In this document: positions 25,975 through 40,900 of the stretch, piece after piece
Numbering within the stretch: position 1 is the first letter of the stretch
How the letters are laid out: each line of letters starts with the position of its first letter
Origin: Auanema rhodensis
Taxonomy: Eukaryota > Animalia > Nematoda
Direction: 5' to 3'
NCBI GenBank assembly: GCA_964057225.1
Contig: OZ059895.1
Span: 2,356,001 to 2,420,000 of the forward strand
DNA: 64,000 nt
Translations under genes and position numbers: made by a program
Notes under the pieces: model-generated
Database searches by the model: none
What the model saw: only the letters and a program-made list of their open reading frames with translations
What the model was told of the DNA's origin: nothing

Positions 25975-28900
25975 CATGGAAACTCAACATACACTAATGC
26001 ATCATTTTTCAAACGATCATAACTAATTTTTGTATCAAGCGTTTCTCGATGTAGTATAGTGCATTCGATGCGGATTTTTAAGCTGCGTCGATCTGTGTTA
26101 TCAGATTTGCGCTAGCTTAAAAATGCACCGAGATATCAACTGATATAAGTTCACACTTATATCCTCGATTTTCACCCTGAAGAATTAATTTTTTCGTTGA
26201 ATAACATTGTCCATCGTCTTTGCCTGGAAAAATGGAATCTAAAAACATCTACTTTTTGCTAAATTATTTTGAAATTTTTCGAAAAAATTTTGTCAAAATG
26301 TTTTTGGAAGCAATGTTGAGTGTACATGGAAACTCAACATACACTAATGCATCATTTTTCAAACGATCATAACTAATTTTTTTATCAAGCGTTTCTCAAT
26401 GTAGTATAGTGCATTCGATGCGGATTTTTAAGCTGCGTCGATCTGTGTTATCAGATTTGCGCTAGCTTAAAAATGCACCGAGATATCAACTGATATAAGT
26501 TCACACTTATATCCTCGATTTTCACCCTGAAGAATTAATTTTTTCGTTGAATAACATTGTCCATCGTCTTTGCCTGGAAAAATGGAATCTAAAAACATCT
26601 ACTTTTTGCTAAATTATTTTGAAATTTTTCGAAAAAATTTTTGTCAAAATGTTTTTGGAAGCAATGTTGAGTGTACATGGAAACTCAACATACACTAATG
26701 CATCATTTTTCAAACAATCATAACTAATTTGTGTATTAAGCGTTTTTCAATGTAGTATAGTGCATTCGATGCGGATTTTTAAGCTGCGTCGATCTGTGTT
26801 ATCAGATTTGCGCTAGCTTAAAAATGCACCGAGATATCAACTGATATAAGTTCACACTTATATCCTCGATTTTCTTCACCCTGAAGAATTAATTTTTTCG
26901 TTGAATAACAATGTCTATCGTCTTTGCCTTGAAAAATGGAATCTAAAAACATCTACTTTTTGCTAAATTATTTTGAAATTTTTGGAAAAAATTTTTGTCA
27001 AAATGTTTTTGGAAGCAATGTTGAGTGTACATGGAAACTCAACATACACTAATGCATCATTTTTCAAACGATCATAACTAATTTTTGTATTAAGCGTTTC
27101 TCGATGTAGTATAGTGCATTCGATGCGGATTTTTAAGCTGCGTCGATCTGTGTTATCAGATTTGCGCTAGCTTAAAAATGCACCGAGATATCAACTGATA
27201 TAAGTTCACACTTATATCCTCGATTTTCACCCTGAAGAATTAATTTTTTCGTTGAATAGCATTGTCCATCGTCTTTGCCTTGAAAAAAGGAATCTAAAAA
27301 CATCTACTTTTTGCTAAATTATTTTGAAATTTTTCGAAAAAATTTTTGTCAAAATGTTTTTGGAAGCAATGTTGAGTGTACATGGAAACTCAACATACAC
27401 TAATGCATCATTTTTCAAACGATCATAACTAATTTTTGTATCAAGCGTTTCTCGATGTAGTATAGTGCATTCGATGCGGATTTTTAAGCTGCGTCGATCT
27501 GTGTTATCAGATTTGCGCTAGCTTAAAAATGCACCGAGATATCAACTGATATAAGTTCACACTTATATCCTCGATTTTCACCCTGAAGAATTAATTTTTT
27601 CGTTGAATAACATTGTCCATCGTCTTTGCCTGGAAAAATGGAATCTAAAAACATCTACTTTTTGCTAAATTATTTTGAAATTTTTCGAAAAAATTTTGTC
27701 AAAATGTTTTTGGAAGCAATGTTGAGTGTACATGGAAACTCAACATACACTAATGCATCATTTTTCAAACGATCATAACTAATTTTTTTATCAAGCGTTT
27801 CTCAATGTAGTATAGTGCATTCGATGCGGATTTTTAAGCTGCGTCGATCTGTGTTATCAGATTTGCGCTAGCTTAAAAATGCACCGAGATATCAACTGAT
27901 ATAAGTTCACACTTATATCCTCGATTTTCACCCTGAAGAATTAATTTTTTCGTTGAATAACATTGTCCATCGTCTTTGCCTGGAAAAATGGAATCTAAAA
28001 ACATCTACTTTTTGCTAAATTATTTTGAAATTTTTCGAAAAAATTTTGTCAAAATGTTTTTGGAAGCAATGTTGAGTGTACATGGAAACTCAACATACAC
28101 TAATGCATCATTTTTCAAACGATCATAACTAATTTTTGTATTAAGCGTTTCTCAATGTAGTATAGTGCATTCGATGCGAATTTTTAAGCTGCGTCGATCT
28201 GTGTTATCAGATTTGCGCTAGCTTAAAAATGCACCGAGATATCAACTGATATAAGTTCACACTTATATCCTCGATTTTCACCCTGAAGAATTAATTTTTT
28301 CGTTGAATAGCATTGTCCATCGTCTTTGCCTTGAAAAAAGGAATCTAAAAACATCTACTTTTTGCTAAATTATTTTGAAATTTTTCGAAAAAATTTTTGT
28401 CAAAATGTTTTTGGAAGCAATGTTGAGTGTACATGGAAACTCAACATACACTAATGCATCATTTTTCAAACGATCATAACTAATTTTTGTATCAAGCGTT
28501 TCTCGATGTAGTATAGTGCATTCGATGCGGATTTTTAAGCTGCGTCGATCTGTGTTATCAGATTTGCGCTAGCTTAAAAATGCACCGAGATATCAACTGA
28601 TATAAGTTCACACTTATATCCTCGATTTTCACCCTGAAGAATTAATTTTTTCGTTGAATAACATTGTCCATCGTCTTTGCCTGGAAAAATGGAATCTAAA
28701 AACATCTACTTTTTGCTAAATTATTTTGAAATTTTTCGAAAAAATTTTGTCAAAATGTTTTTGGAAGCAATGTTGAGTGTACATGGAAACTCAACATACA
28801 CTAATGCATCATTTTTCAAACGATCATAACTAATTTTTTTATCAAGCGTTTCTCAATGTAGTATAGTGCATTCGATGCGGATTTTTAAGCTGCGTCGATC

Positions 28901-31900
28901 TGTGTTATCAGATTTGCGCTAGCTTAAAAATGCACCGAGATATCAACTGATATAAGTTCACACTTATATCCTCGATTTTCACCCTGAAGAATTAATTTTT
29001 TCGTTGAATAACATTGTCCATCGTCTTTGCCTGGAAAAATGGAATCTAAAAACATCTACTTTTTGCTAAATTATTTTGAAATTTTTCGAAAAAATTTTTG
29101 TCAAAATGTTTTTGGAAGCAATGTTGAGTGTACATGGAAACTCAACATACACTAATGCATCATTTTTCAAACAATCATAACTAATTTGTGTATTAAGCGT
29201 TTTTCAATGTAGTATAGTGCATTCGATGCGGATTTTTAAGCTGCGTCGATCTGTGTTATCAGATTTGCGCTAGCTTAAAAATGCACCGAGATATCAACTG
29301 ATATAAGTTCACACTTATATCCTCGATTTTCTTCACCCTGAAGAATTAATTTTTTCGTTGAATAACATTGTCTATCGTCTTTGCCTTGAAAAATGGAATC
29401 TAAAAACATCTACTTTTTGCTAAATTATTTTGAAATTTTTGGAAAAAATTTTTGTCAAAATGTTTTTGGAAGCAATGTTGAGTGTACATGGAAACTCAAC
29501 ATACACTAATGCATCATTTTTCAAACGATCATAACTAATTTTTGTATTAAGCGTTTCTCGATGTAGTATAGTGCATTCGATGCGGATTTTTAAGCTGCGT
29601 CGATCTGTGTTATCAGATTTGCGCTAGCTTAAAAATGCACCGAGATATCAACTGATATAAGTTCACACTTATATCCTCGATTTTCACCCTGAAGAATTAA
29701 TTTTTTCGTTGAATAACATTGTCCATCGTCTTTGCCTGGAAAAATGGAATCTAAAAACATCTACTTTTTGCTAAATTATTTTGAAATTTTTCGAAAAAAT
29801 TTTTGTCAAAATGTTTTTGGAAGCAATGTTGAGTGTACATGGAAACTCAACATACACTAATGCATCATTTTTCAAACGATCATAACTAATTTTTTTATCA
29901 AGCGTTTCTCAATGTAGTATAGTGCATTCGATGCGGATTTTTAAGCTGCGTCGATCTGTGTTATCAGATTTGCGCTAGCTTAAAAATGCACCGAGATATC
30001 AACTGATATAAGTTCACACTTATATCCTCGATTTTCACCCTGAAGAATTAATTTTTTCGTTGAATAACATTGTCCATCGTCTTTGCCTGGAAAAATGGAA
30101 TCTAAAAACATCTACTTTTTGCTAAATTATTTTGAAATTTTTCGAAAAAATTTTTGTCAAAATGTTTTTGGAAGCAATGTTGAGTGTACATGGAAACTCA
30201 ACATACACTAATGCATCATTTTTCAAACGATCATAACTAATTTTTTTATCAAGCGTTTCTCAATGTAGTATAGTGCATTCGATGCGGATTTTTAAGCTGC
30301 GTCGATCTGTGTTATCAGATTTGCGCTAGCTTAAAAATGCACCGAGATATCAACTGATATAAGTTCACACTTATATCCTCGATTTTCACCCTGAAGAAAA
30401 AATTTTTTCGTTGAATAGCATTGTCCATCGTCTTTGCCTTGAAAAAAGGAATCTAAAAACATCTACTTTTTGCTAAATTATTTTGAAATTTTTCGAAAAA
30501 ATTTTTGTCAAAATGTTTTTGGAAGCAATGTTGAGTGTACATGGAAACTCAACATACACTAATGCATCATTTTTCAAACGATCATAACTAATTTTTGTAT
30601 CAAGCGTTTTTCAATGTAGTATAGTGCATTCGATGCGGATTTTTAAGCTGCGTCGATCTGTGTTATCAGATTTGCGCTAGCTTAAAAATGCACCGAGATA
30701 TCAACTGATATAAGTTCACACTTATATCCTCGATTTTCACCCTGAAGAAAAAATTTTTTCGTTGAATAGCATTGTCCATCGTCTTTGCCTTGAAAAAAGG
30801 AATCTAAAAACATCTACTTTTTGCTAAATTATTTTGAAATTTTTCGAAAAAATTTTTGTCAAAATGTTTTTGGAAGCAATGTTGAGTGTACATGGAAACT
30901 CAACATACACTAATGCATCATTTTTCAAACGATCATAACTAATTTTTGTATCAAGCGTTTTTCAATGTAGTATAGTGCATTCGATGCGGATTTTTAAGCT
31001 GCGTCGATCTGTGTTATCAGATTTGCGCTAGCTTAAAAATGCACCGAGATATCAACTGATATAAGTTCACACTTATATCCTCGATTTTCACCCTGAAGAA
31101 TTAATTTTTTCGTTGAATAACATTGTCCATCGTCTTTGCCTGGAAAAATGGAATCTAAAAACATCTACTTTTTGCTAAATTATTTTGAAATTTTTCGAAA
31201 AAATTTTTGTCAAAATGTTTTTGGAAGCAATGTTGAGTGTACATGGAAACTCAACATACACTAATGCATCATTTTTCAAACGATCATAACTAATTTTTTT
31301 ATCAAGCGTTTCTCAATGTAGTATAGTGCATTCGATGCGGATTTTTAAGCTGCGTCGATCTGTGTTATCAGATTTGCGCTAGCTTAAAAATGCACCGAGA
31401 TATCAACTGATATAAGTTCACACTTATATCCTCGATTTTCACCCTGAAGAATTAATTTTTTCGTTGAATAACATTGTCCATCGTCTTTGCCTGGAAAAAT
31501 GGAATCTAAAAACATCTACTTTTTGCTAAATTATTTTGAAATTTTTCGAAAAAATTTTTGTCAAAATGTTTTTGGAAGCAATGTTGAGTGTACATGGAAA
31601 CTCAACATACACTAATGCATCATTTTTCAAACGATCATAACTAATTTTTTTATCAAGCGTTTCTCAATGTAGTATAGTGCATTCGATGCGGATTTTTAAG
31701 CTGCGTCGATCTGTGTTATCAGATTTGCGCTAGCTTAAAAATGCACCGAGATATCAACTGATATAAGTTCACACTTATATCCTCGATTTTCACCCTGAAG
31801 AAAAAATTTTTTCGTTGAATAGCATTGTCCATCGTCTTTGCCTTGAAAAAATGAATCTAAAAACATCTACTTTTTGCTAAATTATTTTGAAATTTTTCGA

Positions 31901-34900
31901 AAAAATTTTTGTCAAAATGTTTTTGGAAGCAATGTTGAGTGTACATGGAAACTCAACATACACTAATGCATCATTTTTCAAACGATCATAACTAATTTTT
32001 GTATCAAGCGTTTCTCGATGTAGTATAGTGCATTCGATGCGGATTTTTAAGCTGCGTCGATCTGTGTTATCAGATTTGCGCTAGCTTAAAAATGCACCGA
32101 GATATCAACTGATATAAGTTCACACTTATATCCTCGATTTTCACCCTGAAGAATTAATTTTTTCGTTGAATAACATTGTCCATCGTCTTTGCCTGGAAAA
32201 ATGGAATCTAAAAACATCTACTTTTTGCTAAATTATTTTGAAATTTTTCGAAAAAATTTTTGTCAAAATGTTTTTGGAAGCAATGTTGAGTGTACATGGA
32301 AACTCAACATACACTAATGCATCATTTTTCAAACAATCATAACTAATTTGTGTATTAAGTGTTTTTCAATGTAGTATAGTGCATTCGATGCGGATTTTTA
32401 AGCTGCGTCGATCTGTGTTATCAGATTTGCGCTAGCTTAAAAATGCACCGAGATATCAACTGATATAAGTTCACACTTATATCCTCGATTTTCACCCTGA
32501 AGAATTGATTTTTTCGTTGAATAACATTGTCTATCGTCTTTGCCTTGAAAAATGGAATCTAAAAACATCTACTTTTTGCTAAATTATTTTGAAATTTTTC
32601 GAAAAAATTTTTGTCAAAATGTTTTTGGAAGCAATGTTGAGTGTACATGGAAACTCAACATACACTAATGCATCATTTTTCAAACGATCATAACTAATTT
32701 TTGTATTAAGCGTTTCTCAATGTAGTATAGTGCATTCGATGCGGATTTTTAAGCTGCGTCGATCTGTGTTATCAGATTTGCGCTAGCTTAAAAATGCACC
32801 GAGATATCAACTGATATAAGTTCACACTTATATCCTCGATTTTCACCCTGAAGAATTGATTTTTTCGTTGAATAACATTGTCTATCGTCTTTGCCTTGAA
32901 AAATGGAATCTAAAAACATCTACTTTTTGCTAAATTATCTTGAAATTTTTCGAAAAAAGTTTTGTCAAAATGTTTTTGGAAGCAATGTTGAGTGTACATG
33001 GAAACTCAACATACACTAATGCATCATTTTTCAAACGATCATAACTAATTTTTGTATCAAGCGTTTCTCGATGTAGTATAGTGCATTCGATGCGGATTTT
33101 TAAGCTGCGTCGATCTGTGTTATCAGATTTGCGCTAGCTTAAAAATGCACCGAGATATCAACTGATATAAGTTCACACTTATATCCTCGATTTTCACCCT
33201 GAAGAATTGATTTTTTCGTTGAATAACATTGTCTATCGTCTTTGCCTTGAAAAAAGGAATCTAAAAACATCTACTTTTTGCTAAATTATTTTGAAATTTT
33301 TCGAAAAAATTTTTGTCAAAATGTTTTTGGAAGCAATGTTGAGTGTACATGGAAACTCAACATACACTAATGCATCATTTTTCAAACGATCATAACTAAT
33401 TTTTGTATCAAGCGTTTCTCGATGTAGTATAGTGCATTCGATGCGGATTTTTAAGCTGCGTCGATCTGTGTTATCAGATTTGCGCTAGCTTAAAAATGCA
33501 CCGAGATATCAACTGATATAAGTTCACACTTATATCCTCGATTTTCACCCTGAAGAATTAATTTTTTCGTTGAATAACATTGTCCATCGTCTTTGCCTGG
33601 AAAAATGGAATCTAAAAACATCTACTTTTTGCTAAATTATTTTGAAATTTTTCGAAAAAATTTTTGTCAAAATGTTTTTGGAAGCAATGTTGAGTGTACA
33701 TGGAAACTCAACATACACTAATGCATCATTTTTCAAACAATCATAACTAATTTGTGTATTAAGCGTTTTTCAATGTAGTATAGTGCATTCGATGCGGATT
33801 TTTAAGCTGCGTCGATCTGTGTTATCAGATTTGCGCTAGCTTAAAAATGCACCGAGATATCAACTGATATAAGTTCACACTTATATCCTCGATTTTCACC
33901 CTGAAGAATTGATTTTTTCGTTGAATAACATTGTCTATCGTCTTTGCCTTGAAAAATGGAATCTAAAAACATCTACTTTTTGCTAAATTATTTTGAAATT
34001 TTTCGAAAAAATTTTTGTCAAAATGTTTTTGGAAGCAATGTTGAGTGTACATGGAAACTCAACATACACTAATGCATCATTTTTCAAACAATCATAACTA
34101 ATTTGTGTATTAAGCGTTTCTCAATGTAGTATAGTGCATTCGATGCGGATTTTTAAGCTGCGTCGATCTGTGTTATCAGATTTGCGCTAGCTTAAAAATG
34201 CACCGAGATATCAACTGCTATAAGTTCACACTTATATCCTCGATTTTCACCCTGAAGAATTAATTTTTTCGTTGAATAACATTGTCCATCGTCTTTGCCT
34301 TGAAAAAAGGAATCTAAAAACATCTACTTTTTGCTAAATTATTTTGAAATTTTTGGAAAAAATTTTTGTCAAAATGTTTTTGGAAGCAATGTTGAGTGTA
34401 CATGGAAACTCAACATACACTAATGCATCATTTTTCAAACGATCATAACTAATTTGTGTATTAAGCGTTTCTCAATGTAGTATAGTGCATTCGATGCGGA
34501 TTTTTAAGCTGCGTCGATCTGTGTTATCAGATTTGCGCTAGCTTAAAAATGCACCGAGATATCAACTGATATAAGTTCACACTTATATCCTCGATTTTCA
34601 CCCTGAAGAATTGATTTTTTCGTTGAATAACATTGTCTATCGTCTTTGCCTTGAAAAATGGAATCTAAAAACATCTACTTTTTGCTAAATTATTTTGAAA
34701 TTTTTCGAAAAAATTTTTGTCAAAATGTTTTTGGAAGCAATGTTGAGTGTACATGGAAACTCAACATACACTAATGCATCATTTTTCAAACGATCATAAC
34801 TAATTTTTGTATCAAGCGTTTCTCGATGTAGTATAGTGCATTCGATGCGGATTTTTAAGCTGCGTCGATCTGTGTTATCAGATTTGCGCTAGCTTAAAAA

Positions 34901-37900
34901 TGCACCGAGATATCAACTGATATAAGTTCACACTTATATCCTCGATTTTCACCCTGAAGAATTGATTTTTTCGTTGAATAACATTGTCTATCGTCTTTGC
35001 CTTGAAAAATGGAATCTAAAAACATCTACTTTTTGCTAAATTATTTTGAAATTTTTCGAAAAAAGTTTTGTCAAAATGTTTTTGGAAGCAATGTTGAGTG
35101 TACATGGAAACTCAACATACACTAATGCATCATTTTTCAAACGATCATAACTAATTTTTGTATTAAGCGTTTCTCAATGTAGTATAGTGCATTCGATGCG
35201 GATTTTTAAGCTGCGTCGATCTGTGTTATCAGATTTGCGCTAGCTTAAAAATGCACCGAGATATCAACTGATATAAGTTCACACTTATATCCTCGATTTT
35301 CACCCTGAAGAATTAATTTTTTCGTTGAATAACATTGTCCATCGTCTTTGCCTGGAAAAATGGAATCTAAAAACATCTATTTTTTGCTAAATTATTTTGA
35401 AATTTTTCGACGAAAAAATTTTTGTCAAAATGTTTTTGGAAGCAATGTTGAGTGTACATGGAAACTCAACATACACTAATGCATCATTTTTCAAACAATC
35501 ATAACTAATTTGTGTATTAAGCGTTTCTCAATGTAGTATAGTGCATTCGATGCGGATTTTTAAGCTGCGTCGATCTGTGTTATCAGATTTGCGCTAGCTT
35601 AAAAATGCACCGAGATATCAACTGCTATATGTTCACACTTATATCCTCGATTTTCACCCTGAAGAATTAATTTTTTCGTTGAATAACATTGTCCATCGTC
35701 TTTGCCTGGAAAAATGGAATCTAAAAACATCTACTTTTTGCTAAATTATTTTGAAATTTTTCGAAAAAATTTTTGTCAAAATGTTTTTGGAAGCAATGTT
35801 GAGTGTACATGGAAACTCAACATACACTAATGCATCATTTTTCAAACAATCATAACTAATTTGTGTATTAAGCGTTTCTCAATGTAGTATAGTGCATTCG
35901 ATGCGGATTTTTAAGCTGCGTCGATCTGTGTTATCAGATTTGCGCTAGCTTAAAAATGCACCGAGATATCAACTGCTATATGTTCACACTTATATCCTCG
36001 ATTTTCACCCTGAAGAATTAATTTTTTCGTTGAATAACATTGTCCATCGTCTTTGCCTGGAAAAATGGAATCTAAAAACATCTACTTTTTGCTAAATTAT
36101 TTTGAAATTTTTCGAAAAAATTTTTGTCAAAATGTTTTTGGAAGCAATGTTGAGTGTACATGGAAACTCAACATACACTAATGCATCATTTTTCAAACAA
36201 TCATAACTAATTTGTGTATTAAGCGTTTCTCAATGTAGTATAGTGCATTCGATGCGGATTTTTAAGCTGCGTCGATCTGTGTTATCAGATTTGCGCTAGC
36301 TTAAAAATGCACCGAGATATCAACTGCTATAAGTTCACACTTATATCCTCGATTTTCACCCTGAAGAATTAATTTTTTCGTTGAATAACATTGTCCATCG
36401 TCTTTGCCTTGAAAAAAGGAATCTAAAAACATCTACTTTTTGCTAAATTATTTTGAAATTTTTGGAAAAAATTTTTGTCAAAATGTTTTTGGAAGCAATG
36501 TTGAGTGTACATGGAAACTCAACATACACTAATGCATCATTTTTCAAACAATCATAACTAATTTGTGTATTAAGCGTTTCTCAATGTAGTATAGTGCATT
36601 CGATGCGGATTTTTAAGCTGCGTCGATCTGTGTTATCAGATTTGCGCTAGCTTAAAAATGCACCGAGATATCAACTGATATAAGTTCACACTTATATCCT
36701 CGATTTTCACCCTGAAGAATTAATTTTTTCGTTGAATAACATTGTCCATCGTCTTTGCCTGGAAAAATGGAATCTAAAAACATCTACTTTTTGCTAAATT
36801 ATTTTGAAATTTTTCGAAAAAATTTTTGTCAAAATGTTTTTGGAAGCAATGTTGAGTGTACATGGAAACTCAACATACACTAATGCATCATTTTTCAAAC
36901 AATCATAACTAATTTGTGTATTAAGCGTTTTTCAATGTAGTATAGTGCATTCGATGCGGATTTTTAAGCTGCGTCGATCTGTGTTATCAGATTTGCGCTA
37001 GCTTAAAAATGCACCGAGATATCAACTGATATAAGATCACACTTATATCCTCGATTTTCACCCTGAAGAATTGATTTTTTCGTTGAATAACATTGTCTAT
37101 CGTCTTTGCCTTGAAAAATGGAATCTAAAAACAACTACTTTTTGCTAAATTATTTTGAAATTTTTCGAAAAAATTTTTGTCAAAATGTTTTTGGAAGCAA
37201 TGTTGAGTGTACATGGAAACTCAACATACACTAATGCATCATTTTTCAAACGATCATAACTAATTTTTGTATTAAGCGTTTCTCAATGTAGTATAGTGCA
37301 TTCGATGCGGATTTTTAAGCTGCGTCGATCTGTGTTATCAGATTTGCGCTAGCTTAAAAATGCACCGAGATATCAACTGATATAAGTTCACACTTATATC
37401 CTCGATTTTCACCCTGAAGAATTAATTTTTTCGTTGAATAACATTGTCCATCGTCTTTGCCTGGAAAAATGGAATCTAAAAACATCTACTTTTTGCTAAA
37501 TTATTTTGAAATTTTTCGAAAAAATTTTTGTCAAAATGTTTTTGGAAGCAATGTTGAGTGTACATGGAAACTCAACATACACTAATGCATCATTTTTCAA
37601 ACAATCATAACTAATTTGTGTATTAAGCGTTTTTCAATGTAGTATAGTGCATTCGATGCGGATTTTTAAGCTGCGTCGATCTGTGTTATCAGATTTGCGC
37701 TAGCTTAAAAATGCACCGAGATATCAACTGATATAAGATCACACTTATATCCTCGATTTTCACCCTGAAGAATTGATTTTTTCGTTGAATAACATTGTCT
37801 ATCGTCTTTGCCTTGAAAAATGGAATCTAAAAACAACTACTTTTTGCTAAATTATTTTGAAATTTTTCGAAAAAATTTTTGTCAAAATGTTTTTGGAAGC

Positions 37901-40900
37901 AATGTTGAGTGTACATGGAAACTCAACATACACTAATGCATCATTTTTCAAACGATCATAACTAATTTTTGTATTAAGCGTTTCTCAATGTAGTATAGTG
38001 CATTCGATGCGGATTTTTAAGCTGCGTCGATCTGTGTTATCAGATTTGCGCTAGCTTAAAAATGCACCGAGATATCAACTGATATAAGTTCACACTTATA
38101 TCCTCGATTTTCACCCTGAAGAATTGATTTTTTCGTTGAATAACATTGTCTATCGTCTTTGCCTTGAAAAATGGAATCTAAAAACATCTACTTTTTGCTA
38201 AATTATTTTGAAATTTTTCGAAAAAATTTTTGTCAAAATGTTTTTGGAAGCAATGTTGAGTGTACATGGAAACTCAACATACACTAATGCATCATTTTTC
38301 AAACGATCATAACTAATTTTTGTATCAAGCGTTTCTCGATGTAGTATAGTGCATTCGATGCGGATTTTTAAGCTGCGTCGATCTGTGTTATCAGATTTGC
38401 GCTAGCTTAAAAATGCACCGAGATATCAACTGATATAAGTTCACACTTATATCCTCGATTTTCACCCTGAAGAATTGATTTTTTCGTTGAATAACATTGT
38501 CTATCGTCTTTGCCTTGAAAAATGGAATCTAAAAACATCTACTTTTTGCTAGATTATTTTGAAATTTTTCGAAAAAATTTTTGTCAAAATGTTTTTGGAA
38601 GCAATGTTGAGTGTACATGGAAACTCAACATACACTAATGCATCATTTTTCAAACGATCATAACTAATTTTTGTATTAAGCGTTTCTCAATGTAGTATAG
38701 TGCATTCGATGCGGATTTTTAAGCTGCGTCGATCTGTGTTATCAGATTTGCGCTAGCTTAAAAATGCACCGAGATATCAACTGATATAAGTTCACACTTA
38801 TATCCTCGATTTTCACCCTGAAGAATTAATTTTTTCGTTGAATAACATTGTCCATCGTCTTTGCCTGGAAAAATGGAATCTAAAAACATCTATTTTTTGC
38901 TAAATTATTTTGAAATTTTTCGAAAAAATTTTTGTCAAAATGTTTTTGGAAGCAATGTTGAGTGTACATGGAAACTCAACATACACTAATGCATCATTTT
39001 TCAAACAATCATAACTAATTTGTGTATTAAGCGTTTCTCAATGTAGTATAGTGCATTCGATGCGGATTTTTAAGCTGCGTCGATCTGTGTTATCAGATTT
39101 GCGCTAGCTTAAAAATGCACCGAGATATCAACTGCTATAAGTTCACACTTATATCCTCGATTTTCACCCTGAAGAATTAATTTTTTCGTTGAATAACATT
39201 GTCCATCGTCTTTGCCTGGAAAAATGGAATCTAAAAACATCTACTTTTTGCTAAATTATTTTGAAATTTTTCGAAAAAATTTTTGTCAAAATGTTTTTGG
39301 AAGCAATGTTGAGTGTACATGGAAACTCAACATACACTAATGCATCATTTTTCAAACAATCATAACTAATTTGTGTATTAAGCGTTTCTCAATGTAGTAT
39401 AGTGCATTCGATGCGGATTTTTAAGCTGCGTCGATCTGTGTTATCAGATTTGCGCTAGCTTAAAAATGCACCGAGATATCAACTGCTATAAGTTCACACT
39501 TATATCCTCGATTTTCACCCTGAAGAATTAATTTTTTCGTTGAATAACATTGTCCATCGTCTTTGCCTTGAAAAAAGGAATCTAAAAACATCTATTTTTT
39601 GCTAAATTATTTTGAAATTTTTCGAAAAAATTTTTGTCAAAATGTTTTTGGAAGCAATGTTGAGTGTACATGGAAACTCAACATACACTAATGCATCATT
39701 TTTCAAACAATCATAACTAATTTGTGTATTAAGCGTTTCTCAATGTAGTATAGTGCATTCGATGCGGATTTTTAAGCTGCGTCGATCTGTGTTATCAGAT
39801 TTGCGCTAGCTTAAAAATGCACCGAGATATCAACTGCTATAAGTTCACACTTATATCCTCGATTTTCACCCTGAAGAATTAATTTTTTCGTTGAATAACA
39901 TTGTCCATCGTCTTTGCCTGGAAAAATGGAATCTAAAAACATCTACTTTTTGCTAAATTATTTTGAAATTTTTCGAAAAAATTTTTGTCAAAATGTTTTT
40001 GGAAGCAATGTTGAGTGTACATGGAAACTCAACATACACTAATGCATCATTTTTCAAACAATCATAACTAATTTGTGTATTAAGCGTTTCTCAATGTAGT
40101 ATAGTGCATTCGATGCGGATTTTTAAGCTGCGTCGATCTGTGTTATCAGATTTGCGCTAGCTTAAAAATGCACCGAGATATCAACTGCTATAAGTTCACA
40201 CTTATATCCTCGATTTTCACCCTGAAGAATTAATTTTTTCGTTGAATAACATTGTCCATCGTCTTTGCCTTGAAAAAAGGAATCTAAAAACATCTACTTT
40301 TTGCTAAATTATTTTGAAATTTTTGGAAAAAATTTTTGTCAAAATGTTTTTGGAAGCAATGTTGAGTGTACATGGAAACTCAACATACACTAATGCATCA
40401 TTTTTCAAACAATCATAACTAATTTGTGTATTAAGCGTTTCTCAATGTAGTATAGTGCATTCGATGCGGATTTTTAAGCTGCGTCGATCTGTGTTATCAG
40501 ATTTGCGCTAGCTTAAAAATGCACCGAGATATCAACTGCTATAAGTTCACACTTATATCCTCGATTTTCACCCTGAAGAATTAATTTTTTCGTTGAATAA
40601 CATTGTCCATCGTCTTTGCCTGGAAAAATGGAATCTAAAAACATCTACTTTTTGCTAAATTATTTTGAAATTTTTCGAAAAAATTTTTGTCAAAATGTTT
40701 TTGGAAGCAATGTTGAGTGTACATGGAAACTCAACATACACTAATGCATCATTTTTCAAACAATCATAACTAATTTGTGTATTAAGCGTTTCTCAATGTA
40801 GTATAGTGCATTCGATGCGGATTTTTAAGCTGCGTCGATCTGTGTTATCAGATTTGCGCTAGCTTAAAAATGCACCGAGATATCAACTGCTATAAGTTCA

